Shown here: positions 1 to 13,653 of the stretch, in pieces | Layout of the letters: every line of letters starts with the position of its first letter | Position numbering within the stretch: position 1 is the first letter of the stretch | Notes under the pieces: model-generated | Seen by the model: only the letters and a program-made list of their open reading frames with translations | Databases searched by the model: none | Told to the model about the DNA's origin: nothing | Made by a program: the position numbers and the translations under genes | NCBI RefSeq assembly: GCF_009914755.1 | Contig: NC_060927.1 | Source of the DNA: the human T2T-CHM13v2.0 reference genome, Homo sapiens | Strand: one strand, 5' to 3' | DNA: 64,000 nucleotides

Positions 1-328
1 CATTCTGTTGGTTTCATGAATCCTTGAATATGTCAATTAGTTCTGGCCTTTATGGCTCCAGGGTGACCTTATTTATCGTCTGCTATAAAGTCTATAAACC
101 TGATCTAAGTACATTCCTCTTCAGTGCTAGAGTCTTTTCTTTTTTGTTATTGTTTCTGTTCAGTTCAAGAGGGAAAATGTATTTGGTTGAGTTTCTAGAG
201 AGCTGTCTGCTGAATATGTGAGACGATTATAATTCACAACAAAGACTATAACCTACTCTGTTATTTTGAAGGAAAAACATTTTAAAAGGCAGCTTCCTTT
301 GGGAATATTTCTAGGAATAGTGACTTTA

Positions 329-385
329 CATATGTATGAATGTGTGTATATATGTATATGTATATATATGCATATATATTTATAT
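329..385. repeat. TA/TG-rich low-complexity microsatellite
   Basis: catatgtatgaatgtgtgtatatatgtatatgtatatatatgcatatatatttatatg. Confidence 0.8.
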
Positions 386-1774
386 GAATTCACTTATATT
401 CTATTATTTCTGAAAAAAATATAAGGCAGCAGTAGTGACACTAGGAAAAGAAAAATGGGTAAAATTCATAAGCCTACACAATGGTTGCCAACACTTCCCT
501 TTTATTAACTTGGCAGCCTGGTATTTTGCAGGGTTTTTTGAACACAAACACCCTGAAACTCATCATCGGGTTGTAGCAGGATGTCCCTCCTTAGGCCGTG
601 AGTAACTGCTGGGGCAGGTGTGGTTTGGGTACAGTTACAGTCTTGGAGGAAAAGTTTAATTTTGTTCTTTAGCTATCTGGTGATGTTTTTTCAAAGGCAT
701 ATATAAGGGACACCACAGACCACTGATGTGTGCTTTCAACTATTAATTTATAAGAAGTGTTTTGAGATAACCAGAAATAGAGGAGTCAGAGTGGTCTAAA
801 GGGAAATGACTCAGGCATCCTTTTGAAAAGATACCAGCTAATGAAACCGTTATCTTTCTGACTGGCCCCAGGCTGAGGTTTTGCCATGAGAGGTCTTTCA
901 GCGTTAATTTAACCAGGACAGTTGCTGTTTTAAAAGGGTTTGCTAGCCAGCCTGCCGGATCTGACAGAAAGAGTAGCTGCCTCCCCTGGTGTGATTTAAA
1001 GGGCAGTAAAAGTTCAGCCAGCCCCTGATCTCCTCCCCAGTGGCCTTACTTCACTTAGAAATGTTCATGATTAGAGATACTCCATTGGGCAAAGACCTTG
1101 TCTCCAGAAGGCACTAATAAACAAGACTATATTTTACCTGAATTTATCACTAATGCCCTTTCTGAATTCATGAGCAGATGAGTGAGTTAGGCAACCAGCT
1201 GGAGCAAAGCCTGATGATTGAGACATGAGATGGGTACACTTATGATGAGAACATCTGAAGCAAGAGCAAGTGGTATTGTCCCTGGATGATGTGGGTAGTA
1301 AGGGGTGATTAAAATTTAAAGCCATTGGACCTGAGGAGGGGCATTTGCTGACTATAAGATAATGACAAAAGGGGAGATAAGAAGGTGAGGTTTATTTTAC
1401 AGTATTGCTCAAGGCTGGTTTTGCTTCTTGGAGTAACAGATAAGCTTATGAAGAACAAACCCAGATCTTTTACTATTATTGACCTTTTCCAATCAGATTA
1501 TATAATAATTTATAAATAATAACTTTCTTGGCTTCCTGACTCAACATGCCACCTAAATAGCTAAATTCTTTTGAGTTCTTGGTGACTCATCTTTGCTCTT
1601 GACTCTGTGACTAGACTGGTTTCCAACTTAAAGTATTTAAAGAAATTCAGCATCTAGTATGTCTTCTTTGTCTTGCTCCAATCTTGTGCCCCAGTTCTAG
1701 ATTATTTTGTGCTCTTTGTTGCTGAGGCCAAATACTCACTTCGCATCCAAGACATAATCACTAAATTCCAGCTC

Positions 1775-1885
1775 CATTCATTTATTTATTCATCAAATAT
1801 TTATCGAATGCTTGCTTGGTGTCAGATACTGTGCTAGGCACTAGAAATACAAGGGTGAATGAAATATGGTCTTTGTGTTTTAGAA
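1775..1885 (-). mobile_element. L2 LINE 3' end fragment
   Basis: cattcatttatttattcatcaaatatttatcgaatgcttg...gatactgtgctaggcactag is the typical reverse-complement L2 3' terminus. Confidence 0.7.
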
Positions 1886-2739
1886 GTTCCCTTTAGTGCC
1901 CGAGAACTTGCTATGACACTGTGCAGTTCTTGGGGCCCTCCATAATTGGGGTCTAGACTTGTTGAAAACCCCTATCTCCCTGATTCTCTTCCTTTTCCTG
2001 AAGAACTGGGATCTGCCCCAGAACAACACTTCATGACCAGAATCCAACTGTCATGTATGACCAAGAGAATATAATTGAAGGTATATGGGGGTTTGGGCTT
2101 TGAATGTTTTCAGGAGAAAAATTAATTTAAAAACACTTGGAAGGTCTCCAGAGAGGCTTTGAAATGTTTCTGTTTGTTCCAAGGGTTGTACATTGTCCTC
2201 ACAGAAGGGACTTGGGATTCAATTGACTAGAAGAAACAACCATTTTAAGACTTCTGCATCCTTGGAATTTCAACCATTAAGGAAAGTCCTTTGGCAGATT
2301 GCTTTGTGCTTTTACATGATTGACTGCTTCCTGTGAAGATAATTTTGACAAGGAAAGCTGTTGGAGCTATGACCTTTGACTTATGCTGCTTAGATTCTAA
2401 GGGCAATAATTTAGAGGAATTTAAAAAAAAAATGTATGTTAGAAGTGTTGCCATTTCACTAAGATAGTCAGCAGAGTTCCTCTACTTGTTTTTTCATAAT
2501 CTATGATGTTTTTAGTGGGCTTTATATAATTAAGAAAATGCAAACAAAAGGCTCGATTCCTGCTCCTTGAAGCAATCTTTCCCCATCTCTAACCCCCATA
2601 ATGTATTTTCTCTTTGCCTTGCTCTAAAGTTTCTTTTTTCTTTCTTCCGTTCTTCGTTTCTGTTCTTTTTCCTCCTTCCCCCATCCCATGCATCTTTCTT
2701 TCTCTTTCTCTCTTGTAGCTAATTTTCCACCAAAGATTA

Positions 2740-3118
2740 CTACCTCCTTTCCATAGAGTAGAGCTGTTGCTAGGAACTGTTGCTCAGCTAGGATGGTATT
2801 TCTCAGCCCTTGTATCTGTGTGGCTGCTTCTTACCAACACAATGAGAGCAGAAGAGGTGCAGGTCACTTCTGGGCCCAGGTAGCTAAGAAGTAGCAGGCC
2901 TCTTCATGCTATCTGCTCCTGCCTGTGCAGGATCCAGCACAGGAGCCATGGCCATGAGAGGTGGCGCCACAAAATGAAAGTTGCCTGGGTCCCTGAAACA
3001 CCACCTAGATGACAGCCACTTCCCCTTTAAGAACACCCATCGAGGTGGGTGAGAAATAAACTTGTAAGGTGTCAAGAAACTAAGAGCTGGGCATTTATTT
3101 TTACTGTAACTAGTATTA
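2740..3118 (+). mobile_element. Ancient ERVL-type solo LTR (LTR16-like)
   Basis: Motifs gagcagaagaggtgcaggtcacttctgggcc, gcctgggtccctga and gagaaataaacttg (polyA signal) resemble LTR16/ERVL LTRs; subfamily uncertain. Confidence 0.55.
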
Positions 3119-6100
3119 CTCGCTTGATACTACCTGCTTAGTACAAATTAATAGAACTAGCCACTTACTGTGACACAAAGATGAATGAGACAGTGTTTGC
3201 TCTACAACCTAGAAGTTTGGAGGAAAGAATGCAAACAATTATAATGCAAGTCAGAATTTAATCACTTAGAAGTTTAATAAGACTCTTTGAGTTGCAAGTA
3301 ACGGTCATCCGATTTGAATTGGCTTCATCAAAGGGGAAATTCACTAGCTGGGTACTCATATTATTGATAAAAAAGATTGAAAAATCAAACAAAGAGTCAA
3401 GCAAGGATGTAGTTGGTTACAGGAAGAAACTGGCACCGGAGGACTTACATGCTGCTAGGACTCATTCCTTACCAATCAATTATGGTCAGGGGAGTGGGAC
3501 CATGAAAGAAAGTGCAGTTCCCGTGGGTATTACAGGATTCGAGGTCGGGGGCTGGAAGGAACAACACCCAGAAGTAGAGGAAACCTCTTTTATTCTTAGA
3601 AGAAGGGAAGCGTATTTAGCAGACAAAATAATTGGTTTCCTCTACAGATGGATTAATTATTTGCCAACTCACCCCCCTCCCTGTACTTTTTTTTGGGTTT
3701 TTGTTTTGTTTGGTATCTTTTGCATTGTTAACACTTCCTGCTTTTATGTCTGGCTCCTGAGCTCAAATTAGATCTTTTCTTTTTGTCCTTCTGCCTTCCC
3801 CACCCCCAACAGTGCGTTGCTTATAACAGGGGCTTAACAAAAAAAAAAAATTTTTTTTGACTGAGAGAATATAATTAGAGGAATATAGTGGGCTCAGGTC
3901 TCTTAAAGTTGTGTCAAAGACAGACACTCTCTTATCACCATCTCCTGCTCCTTTTCGTGAAACTTCAACTCCAGACAGCCAAGGCTTCTGAAGATGCCTT
4001 TTGCAAATAGCCCCCTTTGATATACTATTTCTCTGGTGTTCTCCTTACTCTTGTTTCCCTTGGGAGCCTGGTCTCTTTCTCTCAGCCAGTCCAGAGTCTA
4101 TCATCCATGCCTTGACAGGTTCACAGCAGGTCCCCTTTCTGCAGGGAAGCCTTCCTAGGCCACCACGTTGCATACTGGCTTTTGCGTCTTCTAAATTCTT
4201 ATCACTTTGAACCAACTATTGGCAAGTAAACATGTTTTGTTACATTGTCCTTGTAAAAACTACAAAGTATATTATCTCAATTTTATTTTTTTTCTCCAAT
4301 TAGATTGTAAACTCTTTGAGGAGCAAGAAGACTATCATAGACTCCATAGGAGCTGATACAATAGCTTGAATGATAGACTCCTAATAAGTCTTTGCCAATA
4401 GATTGAATCCACTCCTGTTATCAGTTTCAAGATGGTTATCCCATTTGTATGATAGTTGAGACTCTCCAAACATTCCTATTAGTACAGTGGTTTCTTAAAT
4501 GTGTATATTTTCCTTTCATTTTTATATTAAAAGGATCTGCCAAATGGTTAAGTGGAATATCCTATTCCAGGCATTTTTTTTTTTTTCAGATACAACCTTA
4601 GAGATAATGAAGTCTATTGCACAGAAAGAAACTGGAATCAGGCTGTTTATTGACTGCAGAGAAGTAGCGTCTCTTGAATGGTTAATGGCAATTGTTAATT
4701 AGATTGCTTTTCCTACACTGCCCTGTGTGGTGGTGGATGGCATACGTGGTAATCTGAGTGTGGTAAGCATGAAAAGCACAGAATGTGTGAAAGCAGGTGA
4801 GAAAAGGCTGGGCTGGGGGAGATGAAGAGCTACCACAGTTTCTGATAGGCTGAGTGTGCAAAGATCAGGAAATACCTAGATCCAGAATACGGAGGCATTA
4901 AATATTTGAAAACAAATTTACCTCTCTGTTTCCTTCCTCTCAGCTGCACCGTACATCATCTCCTTGTAGGATTCTATCCCACATCTTGTGCCTTCTAGAG
5001 TCTCCTGCTGTTCTTATGGGCTTCTTTTGAATCTTGATTGTCTCCTATTTGCAAATGACACACAGAGTAGAAACTGTTTCTTATTTTGTGGCTCATAAAA
5101 TTATGAAAAGACTGTCTGCAGTTGGAATAAACAAGTTTTTCTATTAGAGACAAATCTCCTCTCAGTTTCTTCTTCTCCAAAACTGTTTTCATTAATTGCT
5201 AAAAAAAAAGTAACATGGAGTTTGATATTTGAGGAATTTATAGGGTAATAAAAGTTTAAAAAGAAATTGCTTTGGGGTATGTCTTGTTCAGATCCCCTAT
5301 ATTGTAAATTGAAAAAAACAAAAAACAAAAAACAAAAAAACAAACCCTAAAGTCTGTATAGCAAAAGTGAAAAAAATTCAGAAAGCAGAGTTCACAGCAC
5401 TAATGACCACAACTTTACAAGTAAAGTATACATCTTCAATTTTGAAATTCAATTTAAAATTGTGCTACAAATCTGATAGATAAAATAGTCACCCAGATAT
5501 ACATGAGGTTGTAGTTTACACATAATTACTATATTTTCATTTATTTGGCTTGTTAGCCAAAATGCAAGTGAACAATCATAGTCTCCACTGTGTAAGGGGC
5601 CATTATTTCAGTAGACTCCATGTGAGAAGGGCCTGCTCATATATTAATAAATCAACAGGTTCAGGTCAAGGAGGAATGGCCAAACCATTTTCTCGCTAGA
5701 TTGCACTTTCATTGAAAACCTGCTCATTAACTTATTTATAAAACTGATATCTCTATATTTCATATTCTGATATATTAGCATGATTTAATGTTAGGAAAGA
5801 TGCTCTATATTTTATTCTTCTCAAAGTCCCTAGGAGATGACTAGAAGAGAGTTAATTGCTTATATTGTAAAGCTGATAGTTACCACATTTATTTTTTCTT
5901 TTCTAGCAACAAACTTCACATCCATCAAATTCTTAACATGAACCAGGTTCTTTGCTTACATTCGCACAGGCATATCGGTGAGTGAGGTGCTGTTTATTAT
6001 TTCCATTTCACTGATGCTAAAACTGGGCCTAGACAGGTTACCCACCTTGTAAGCTGGGAAGCTAAAATTTGAATCCAAAGAGTGTAACTCCAAAGGCTAC

Positions 6101-7329
6101 TTACTATTATGCTAGACTGATTCTCTAGGCAGAGCTCTGTTGTGATCAGGGGAATAGCATCTCTTTCCGTTCTAGTTTCAAGCCTAGGAACACACTGAAT
6201 AAATCAAATGTGTTCAAGAGGACACTGTGTCCTTCAGGATGACCTGGGGAAAAGGAGAATGTGGTCAGGTACATCGATGGTTGTCCCTTTGGAGGGACAG
6301 AATAGGGGTAGAGTTAGAGAGCTGGTTTTATTTGGCAATTCTACCCATGACCACAAATGAAGCCTCAAAGTTCAGTTATAGTTTCTCCTATTCAGATCAA
6401 GATAAGGACAAGAGGATAACCCTTATAAATGGTAACCACGGGTGTCCATTAAAATAGCTTCCTATTTGCTGTCTTTTGCTTCTCTGCCAAGTGAATGAAT
6501 ACGGTAAGTGCCTGACTTTTTCAGGCTAGTCAAATATTCTGTCCTGTTTTTCCCTCATAGTCCCTAAAGGCCAATGTTTTGTCATTCAAACTCTTCGCTT
6601 AAAGATAGCCCAAGGGGAGTCTCAGAAGCCACACAAAAATTTTCTATGACATACTAGGTTTGATTTTTGGTTTAGAAAATATATGCTTAGAGTAGAGAAA
6701 TAGCCTTCACACATTCTTCTTAAGAATGATATCTTCAGTGTTAGTTATGAGAACACATTTCATTGCAGCTTCAGATCCAGAGACCTCTGGCCACTCAGTT
6801 CTCCTGCAGTCATGGTACCTGGCAAGCAGGTTGCAGATAATTGGCCTGTCTGCCTAGGGAATATGTGCTTTATTTATTGGTAATATGAACTCAAAATAAA
6901 ATAAAGAACAAAGTTTCAATGGAGCCATTCCTCTCCCCCCCCATGATGTTGTTAATAATAAATGAGGCCCAGAATTTGGTTCAAAACAGGGTTTCTGGAA
7001 CCTACACTCCTACAGTCAGTAAGTGGACCAGGTTCTTTTTCAGTGCCAGCGTCTTCTTTTATACTGTCTTAATTAGGTTATTTGAGGGTAATAAGGACAC
7101 CTGTGCCTTTCAGCGGAGTCATCCAACAATGCGCTTCCACCAGGCCCAAGGAAACATAGGGGCAGGTAGGGTGGGATTTGAAGGCAGTACCAGCTCCAGC
7201 AGATCAGGGGCCACCAGGGCCCAATGGCGGGAGCATGAGTGCAGTAGCCTTGTTCTCCTTTGTTCTTTCCTTTCAGGACCAAGTAGAGGCTCACAGCAAA
7301 TCAGGTGGGATACAACCCTGACACTTAGA

Positions 7330-7532
7330 GAATATTTACTGCGATCCAAGTACTTTACCTTAGCCCTTTGAGAATTTGCTCATTTAGTCCTCCAAAGCTA
7401 CCTGGTGAGGTAGGGACTGTTACTACCTATCCCAACTTAAAGACAAGGAAGCTGAAGCACAGAGAGATTCAATGACTTGCCCTAGGCTATAGAACTGTGA
7501 AGTGCCAGAATTGAGGTTTGAACCCAGTTGGT
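7330..7532 (-). mobile_element. MIR SINE
   Basis: Core motif gacaaggaagctgaagcacagagagattcaatgacttgccctagg...gaggtttgaacccag. Confidence 0.75.
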
Positions 7533-8105
7533 CTAAGAGAGAGAGAGAGTATAGAGCTCCCTCCTGTGTTCCTTGGATCCTAGGGAACTATGCCACATTC
7601 TACCCACTGGACTGTACACCCCACCCCATGTCATTTTAAAGGGCAATGTGACTTGCACCAGGAAGCAAAAGACTGGGAGCACTGCTTTCCATCGCTCTGT
7701 GGCATGATTTCTAGTGGTGCCCTTCTCACCCCCAGACACTCCCATGATGCAGGAGGTCCCTTCCCCTGGCTGCTCCTGGACCAGGCCACAGCTCAGGCTG
7801 AAACCAGGCTGTCTCTGAAAATAGAGGACGTAGGCAGAGAGGTGGCTGGATTCCTTCCGCGCCAAGCAGGCACTGTGCCGCCCCCTCCTTGAAGAACTCT
7901 GCCTATTTTCCTTTCTCCTCGACCCAGTGGGCGAAGGAAGTTGAGTCTTCAGGCAATTCTTCATTGCTGTTGAAGACGGAGTCTTATTCTAGAGAGTTGA
8001 GAGTGTGAGCATTTACTCTGGGGTATGTTTCTAACAAACTCTGAAAGGTCAGCCTGCCCTTCTTGAATAAAAGCGTTGGTTTTTACCATATGCATGGCCC
8101 TGCTG

Positions 8106-8125
8106 TCTCTCTCTCCCTCTTTCTC

Positions 8126-8159
<34 letters not shown>
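8106..8159. repeat. (CT)n followed by (GT)16 microsatellite
   Basis: Directly visible. Confidence 0.95.
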
Positions 8160-8161
<2 letters not shown>

Positions 8162-11100
8162 GAGTTGCCGAAATAAGAAGAAAAAAAAATCGGGCACTTC
8201 ACTGAGAATATCTTAATAATATTTGAAGTTGGGCCTGTTTGTTGTCTGAGTATAAAGCATACATGATGTAGAATGATCAAAACAAAAACTGCTGTCCTAT
8301 TCTGAATTTGAGGTCATTTTTTCTCTGTCAGTAGGTCTGGTTTTACTTGTCAGGAGGGACTGAAGAAAGCACAGGGCGTAAGTTCCTCCAAGAGCATTCT
8401 TGGAGCAGCATCTCATCGCTGTCCTTGGGTGTAGCCTCCCTTTTGTGAGGTTCACTCCCTCAGCTGGAGGATGAACCACAGTGCTGCTGCAGACCTAGCT
8501 GATGTCACAGTTGTTCAAAAGGTACATTTTCTTACCCTGGGGGGTAGAGCAACGTGGCTCCTTCAGTTCTATGAATGCTCCTTACAGCCAGTCACCCTCC
8601 CTCCATCAGAGCAGAGCCGAATGCAGCCCTCAGATCCAGGCAAATCCAAAGCCAGTCATTCCTCAGAGCATCCCTCCACCACGCCACTTGTGACCTGGAG
8701 GTCCTGTGCACAGATATATATTCATTCATATATTTGTATAAGTGTGTGTGCACATGCACACATACACACATGTAATATATATCTGGAAGAACAAGGCCCC
8801 ATGTTTATGCAAATAGTACTCAGATGAGTGACACATACATATTTTCCTTCATAAATGGATTGTGAAAAGGAAAACTACTTCATAGAAATAGTAAAAGAAC
8901 TGAGAACAATGTTTTCAATTTTCTGGGTGGAAAGTCATTTTCCCAGATTAAATTGTCTGCTACTACCTTACTGGCTGGGCTCTCTCAGGCTAGAATTCTT
9001 GGAGTGCCCTTGAATTCATGTCTGTGTTTTGGATGCTTTATTAATGTGTATGTGTGATACTTTATTGCTAGAATTTGGTAAATATTAACAGATTAATGCT
9101 TCCTTCCCTCTTTTCCTTTCTGTGGACCTCATCTCTCATAACTCCTCTCTGTTCTCCCCACCTTGGCCTCAGAGACAAGAACACTTATTGCTTTGTTTTA
9201 CGGCCATCGTGAAAATAGACATTGGCTCCAGCATAGTGTAGTATACAGAATTTTAATGAGTACAGAGCAAGCAGTTCAGTCCTTCACTCCGATATGAGAG
9301 GGGTGATGTCAACCTATCCAGGAAATATTGAATTGATTTTAAAACTGCTGTAAGGGTGAATAAATCGGTGGTGCTGTGCATTAGCATGAGACTGCCTGCA
9401 CCCACCCATGTCTCCCCGTTTATTTGTCTTAATGCTAGGATTATTAGAAACCAGCTGAATAGGTGCCCTTCAAAATACAGATCGAGGGATCAGAGAATGT
9501 TGATTTTTTTTAAGCCTAAATTTTGTAACTTGGCATTATCCTAGACATATTTAGCTCCCTATTTGAGTATTTTCTTTCCAATTCTAGTATTCGGTTCATT
9601 TATGAAAACTGGGAACCGTGCTTTTCCATCATCTCTTTTGCTCCTCTCTCTTCCCATCTCCCTCTGACAAGTTTTCTGAAGCATGTTTTGGTGCCTCAGT
9701 AAAAAGGGCACTATATAATGTTTTATTTGTTTCCCGTTCTGCTATATGAAATGAAAAACCCTAGCATCCAGTGTGTGAAAAGCTGCCATTGTGAGCTCTT
9801 TGCAGGAAGAGACACTATTCAGGGAGACACAGTCTAATATCAAAGCCAGATAAACTCTCTTGATACCAAAAACCAAACCAACAATAAAAACTCCAGCCCC
9901 AGTGCACCACCAAATGAACAACTTCTTCTCTCAACTCTCTAGAATGTGGTTAGGTTTTTAGATTGATACTGTTATAACCATTTGCATTTCTTTTTGCGAC
10001 CTTCTTTACACCTTGCTGGTTTCGCTCGTGATTTGCTAGTTAGTTAGCAAAGATTTCTAACATTCTTTGAAGAATAAACATACTACTTGTTGCAAGGCAG
10101 CATTATGTAACATTAAGAAGATCAATTTAATTCTCCAAGCTTCTTACAAAAAAAAAAAAAAAAAAAACCCACTTTTTAAAATTCACCTGCAATGACGTCA
10201 GAAATTTTGTTAACCTTTTCAGTAACTAACCTTAGTAACTCAAAGTTTTGATGTTTTGCTTTTTAGTTGATTCCATAGATAATTTTCTACTGGAGATAAT
10301 TCTCCATCAATATTCTCTATCAATGACCATTACTATAAAGACCATTCTCTCCCATTCAAGCTAAACTCAAAATTTAATCCTTTGTTAAGCTCTATGATAT
10401 ATACAAAAAATACAGGCCCTATAATTTGTCCTCAAAGAGCTTACAGTATGCATAAAACAATCATTCATAATATAAGACAGGATCTGACACATCAAGTGAG
10501 TAGTGTTGAATAATCAGTGTCCTGGGAGTGAAGAGAACCATCTCATTGTGGGTTGTCATAGCTCCCAAAAGGGGTCCAGTGTGGGGCGGGGAGGGGGGAG
10601 TGGTTAAACTTCAGGTTGGTCTTCAAAGGATTTATAGTCTTTGTCGAGGTGGAGTTCATTCTAGGTTGAAGGAAAGCTGCCAAATACAGAGGTAGGTATG
10701 CTTGATACTGTTTAAAAGTTACTGCATAGACAGGCCTTACTTTAACGCTAGGATCATTCAAGGTTAGGTAAGTTTAGAAAAATACAAATTGTATTTAGCT
10801 TATAAAGAAATAGAATATTTTATAATACCCACAGGTACCATAAAATGTAATATTTTATAATACCCAAAGAAGAAATCATTGGATCCTTTATTTCACCACT
10901 TTGAAAATGGCAGAAGAGTAATCTTTGTTGGGTAAAAGGATCAACCGATCTACAGTGCAGAAATTATGTCACGATGGAACAAAGGGAAAATAGGACTCAA
11001 ACTGTGTCTGGTGTGGGAGCAGCATCTGCCTACTCCTTCCTCTTTTCCAATAATTACAAAAGAAGGGGAAAAAAAACCCAACTCAAATCTGTCAAAATGC

Positions 11101-12404
11101 CTTCCACGTAGCGTTGTTCAATACATACTGAATGGATATATGAATAAATAACCATTTGGTTGATGAACCCAATAAAATGAAAAAGAGCCATCATGTAAAG
11201 CCTAGAAGGAAATTGCCTTCATATAACCCACTTTCTACTTCATTAAAAATTAATTCACTTTTATCTACATATGACATGAAGCTGGACAAAGAAATGGATC
11301 CTTTTACTCTACATTTGAAAGACAAATGAAGAGCACAGGGAGCAAACTAAAACAAAACAAAACAAGGCAAGGCAAAAGCCTGATATGTTCCACATGTTAA
11401 CAAGCTAAAATAATGTATTGCCGATTGGTTGTCCCTTGGGGAAAAAGTAGCTAGACAACCTCTTAAAGAAGTACATTTCAGTGTTTTCCAGGTGGCTTTT
11501 ACTCTGTACGAACCCATTCTGCTGAATGGGGGATACATATTTACAGGCTGCTAATACTCAGCTGATAAGAAACCATACCTGAATTATTTCTAAGTGTCCT
11601 GGGAGCCCAGAGGTAGCTGAAAGCATCTCTGCTTAGATGTCACTCTCAATCAATTGCAGCTGTTACCTGAGTGTCATTTGCCCATAATCAGGGAATAGAA
11701 CTTGAACCTGAATCAAGCTTCTATTTCCTTGCACGTGAAATTCGGCAAAACAACAAAGAGCTAAATAAAATATAGTATTAGCAATGTAATGGTTGCCTTT
11801 TAAAGAGATGAGGTAATATAATAATAAGTTTTGGACCAGTTACTCAGAAACCAAAATTGATTTCTAATCTTGACTAGTTTTCTTTTGACCATTCCTGCAA
11901 ATGTGGGTCTCCCTTCAATGAGGATTTTATTATTGTCATGATTACTAGATGATGGTTTATATATTGTTGCCATTTGTAAGCTCTTTAGGAAACTCAGGGG
12001 ACATGGATTAAGCTTATTTTTTTAAATAGAAAATATTACTCATTTTTATTATGCAGGTTCCTCTTGAAGAATGAAATCCTTGGGCTGCCATTAGGAACTG
12101 CATGCAGTTAAGCCGTATAACCTCTCTGATTTTTAGTTTCTCCATCTATTTTATAAAATAAAACATTGAACTAAATTATCTCTAAGGCCTATTCTATTAT
12201 TTTTTATATTATTTTCTAATCCTATGATTTTAATATGGTTTCCATCCAAATTGGCAGTGAGCTCTAAAAGTTCAAACCTGAGGTATGGTAGCACGGTTGC
12301 CTTGGTTCATCAACATGTATACTAAGTGGGCTTAAACACGACAAAGCCTATTCACAGGAGTACAATATGACCTTGTTTTTTTTCAGCCATTTGTCCTATT
12401 TGGT

Positions 12405-12588
12405 TACAGAAGTGGTTTCCAGACCAGCACCGGCCGTATCACCTGCAGATTTGTTAGAAATGAAAATTTCAGACCCCGTCCCAGACCTACTAAGCCAGAA
12501 ATTCTGGGAAGAGACCCAGCTTTCTGAGTTTTAACAAGCATTCCTGGTGATGCTGATTCCTGTTAAAGTTTAAGAACGCTGCCCTAGA
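12405..12588. mobile_element. MER5A-like hAT-Charlie DNA transposon
   Basis: atcacctgcagatttgttagaaatgaaaatttcagaccccgtcccagacctact...ttttaacaagcattcctggtgatgctgat...aagtttaagaac. Confidence 0.75.
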
Positions 12589-13079
12589 GGTTAAAGTTGC
12601 AGGTTCAAACTCTGAAGTAGCCACTGATTTAATTCTGTACCCTAACCTTAACTCACAGTATTATAAATAGAGCCTCCATTGTTCATCAAAGATTGGGGTA
12701 CACTGCTTGGCCAGATCAGCTCTACTGCACCTCGCAGATCTTGAATGATTAATTTGTGTTTTAAAGTGTTTTTCAATAAGCCTTCAAGGGCATCTATTGC
12801 TTTGATTCCCAATTCCATACAAATGAAATCTTTTCTTCAATCACTCCACTGTGTCACCCTATCATCTTTGGTTAATCCTGCTTCCTCACTACATACTTCA
12901 CTCATTTTTGTTCCTTATCACCTCCATAGCTTCTCTATTGCCTAAAATACAGTCTGTATTTTCTTGCTAACAATCCAAATGCATAACACTTGGAGATAAT
13001 TACCATCTCCAAGAAAGCTGTCATTAATCCCATCCCATGGGTGGTACTTGAAAACCCATAAGCCACATCACCTGGAGCA

Positions 13080-13260
13080 CCATTCCTCAAATGGAACACT
13101 ACAACCCAATCACCTGAAAGAGGTTTTAAAAATATAGATTCCTGAGTTCCACTCCAACCAACTTACTGAATCAGAATCTCTAGGGTGCAGGATCTCTGTC
13201 TTTAACCAGATTCTCAAGGGATAGCTGGGCAGCTAGGTGAGGTGTTTGGAAATTACTGAG
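13080..13260. mobile_element. MER5-like hAT-Charlie DNA transposon
   Basis: aatcacctgaaagaggttttaaaaatatagattcctgagttccactcc...tactgaatcagaatctctaggg. Confidence 0.7.
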
Positions 13261-13265
13261 ATGGA

Positions 13266-13490
13266 ACAGGGGGTGGCAAACCTATTTTGTAAAGGGACAC
13301 AAGGTAAATATTTTGTAGTGGTGGGCCATACAATCTCTCTGACAATGACTGAATGAGGCTTCAATCTCAGGTTTGCTGTTACAGTGCAAAAGCAGCCATA
13401 GACAATATGTACACAAATGGGTATGGCTGTGTTTCAACAAAACTTTATCTACACAAATAGGAAACAGGATGGTAGTATATCGAACCCTAA
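13266..13490 (+). mobile_element. MER58A-like hAT-Charlie DNA transposon
   Basis: cagggggtggcaaac...gtaaaggg...gcaaaagcagccatagacaatatgt...ggctgtgtttcaacaaaactttat. Confidence 0.8.
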
Positions 13491-13653
13491 ACTAGAATGT
13501 TATTTAATTGGATAAAAATGAACTACATTGTCTAAAATGTTACTCTGCACTCAGTATGTGCTTTTGAAATGAACTAATAAAGGAACCAAAGTAATGTAGC
13601 TGTTGGAGTATTATACATTTGAAATAGATAATTATCACATGATAATGTTACTG

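Noticed and set aside
3292-3771. 159-aa ORF, the longest in the track
   Set aside because: Non-ATG start, no recognisable domain, low-complexity T-rich end; its 5' part looks like a decayed MaLR-type LTR
3839-3858. Poly-A/poly-T hairpin resembling a terminator
   Set aside because: Simple homopolymer juxtaposition; no functional meaning supportable in this context
6919-7964. Cluster of 70-150-aa ORFs on both strands
   Set aside because: No homology recognised; partly MIR-derived; expected by chance in locally GC-richer DNA
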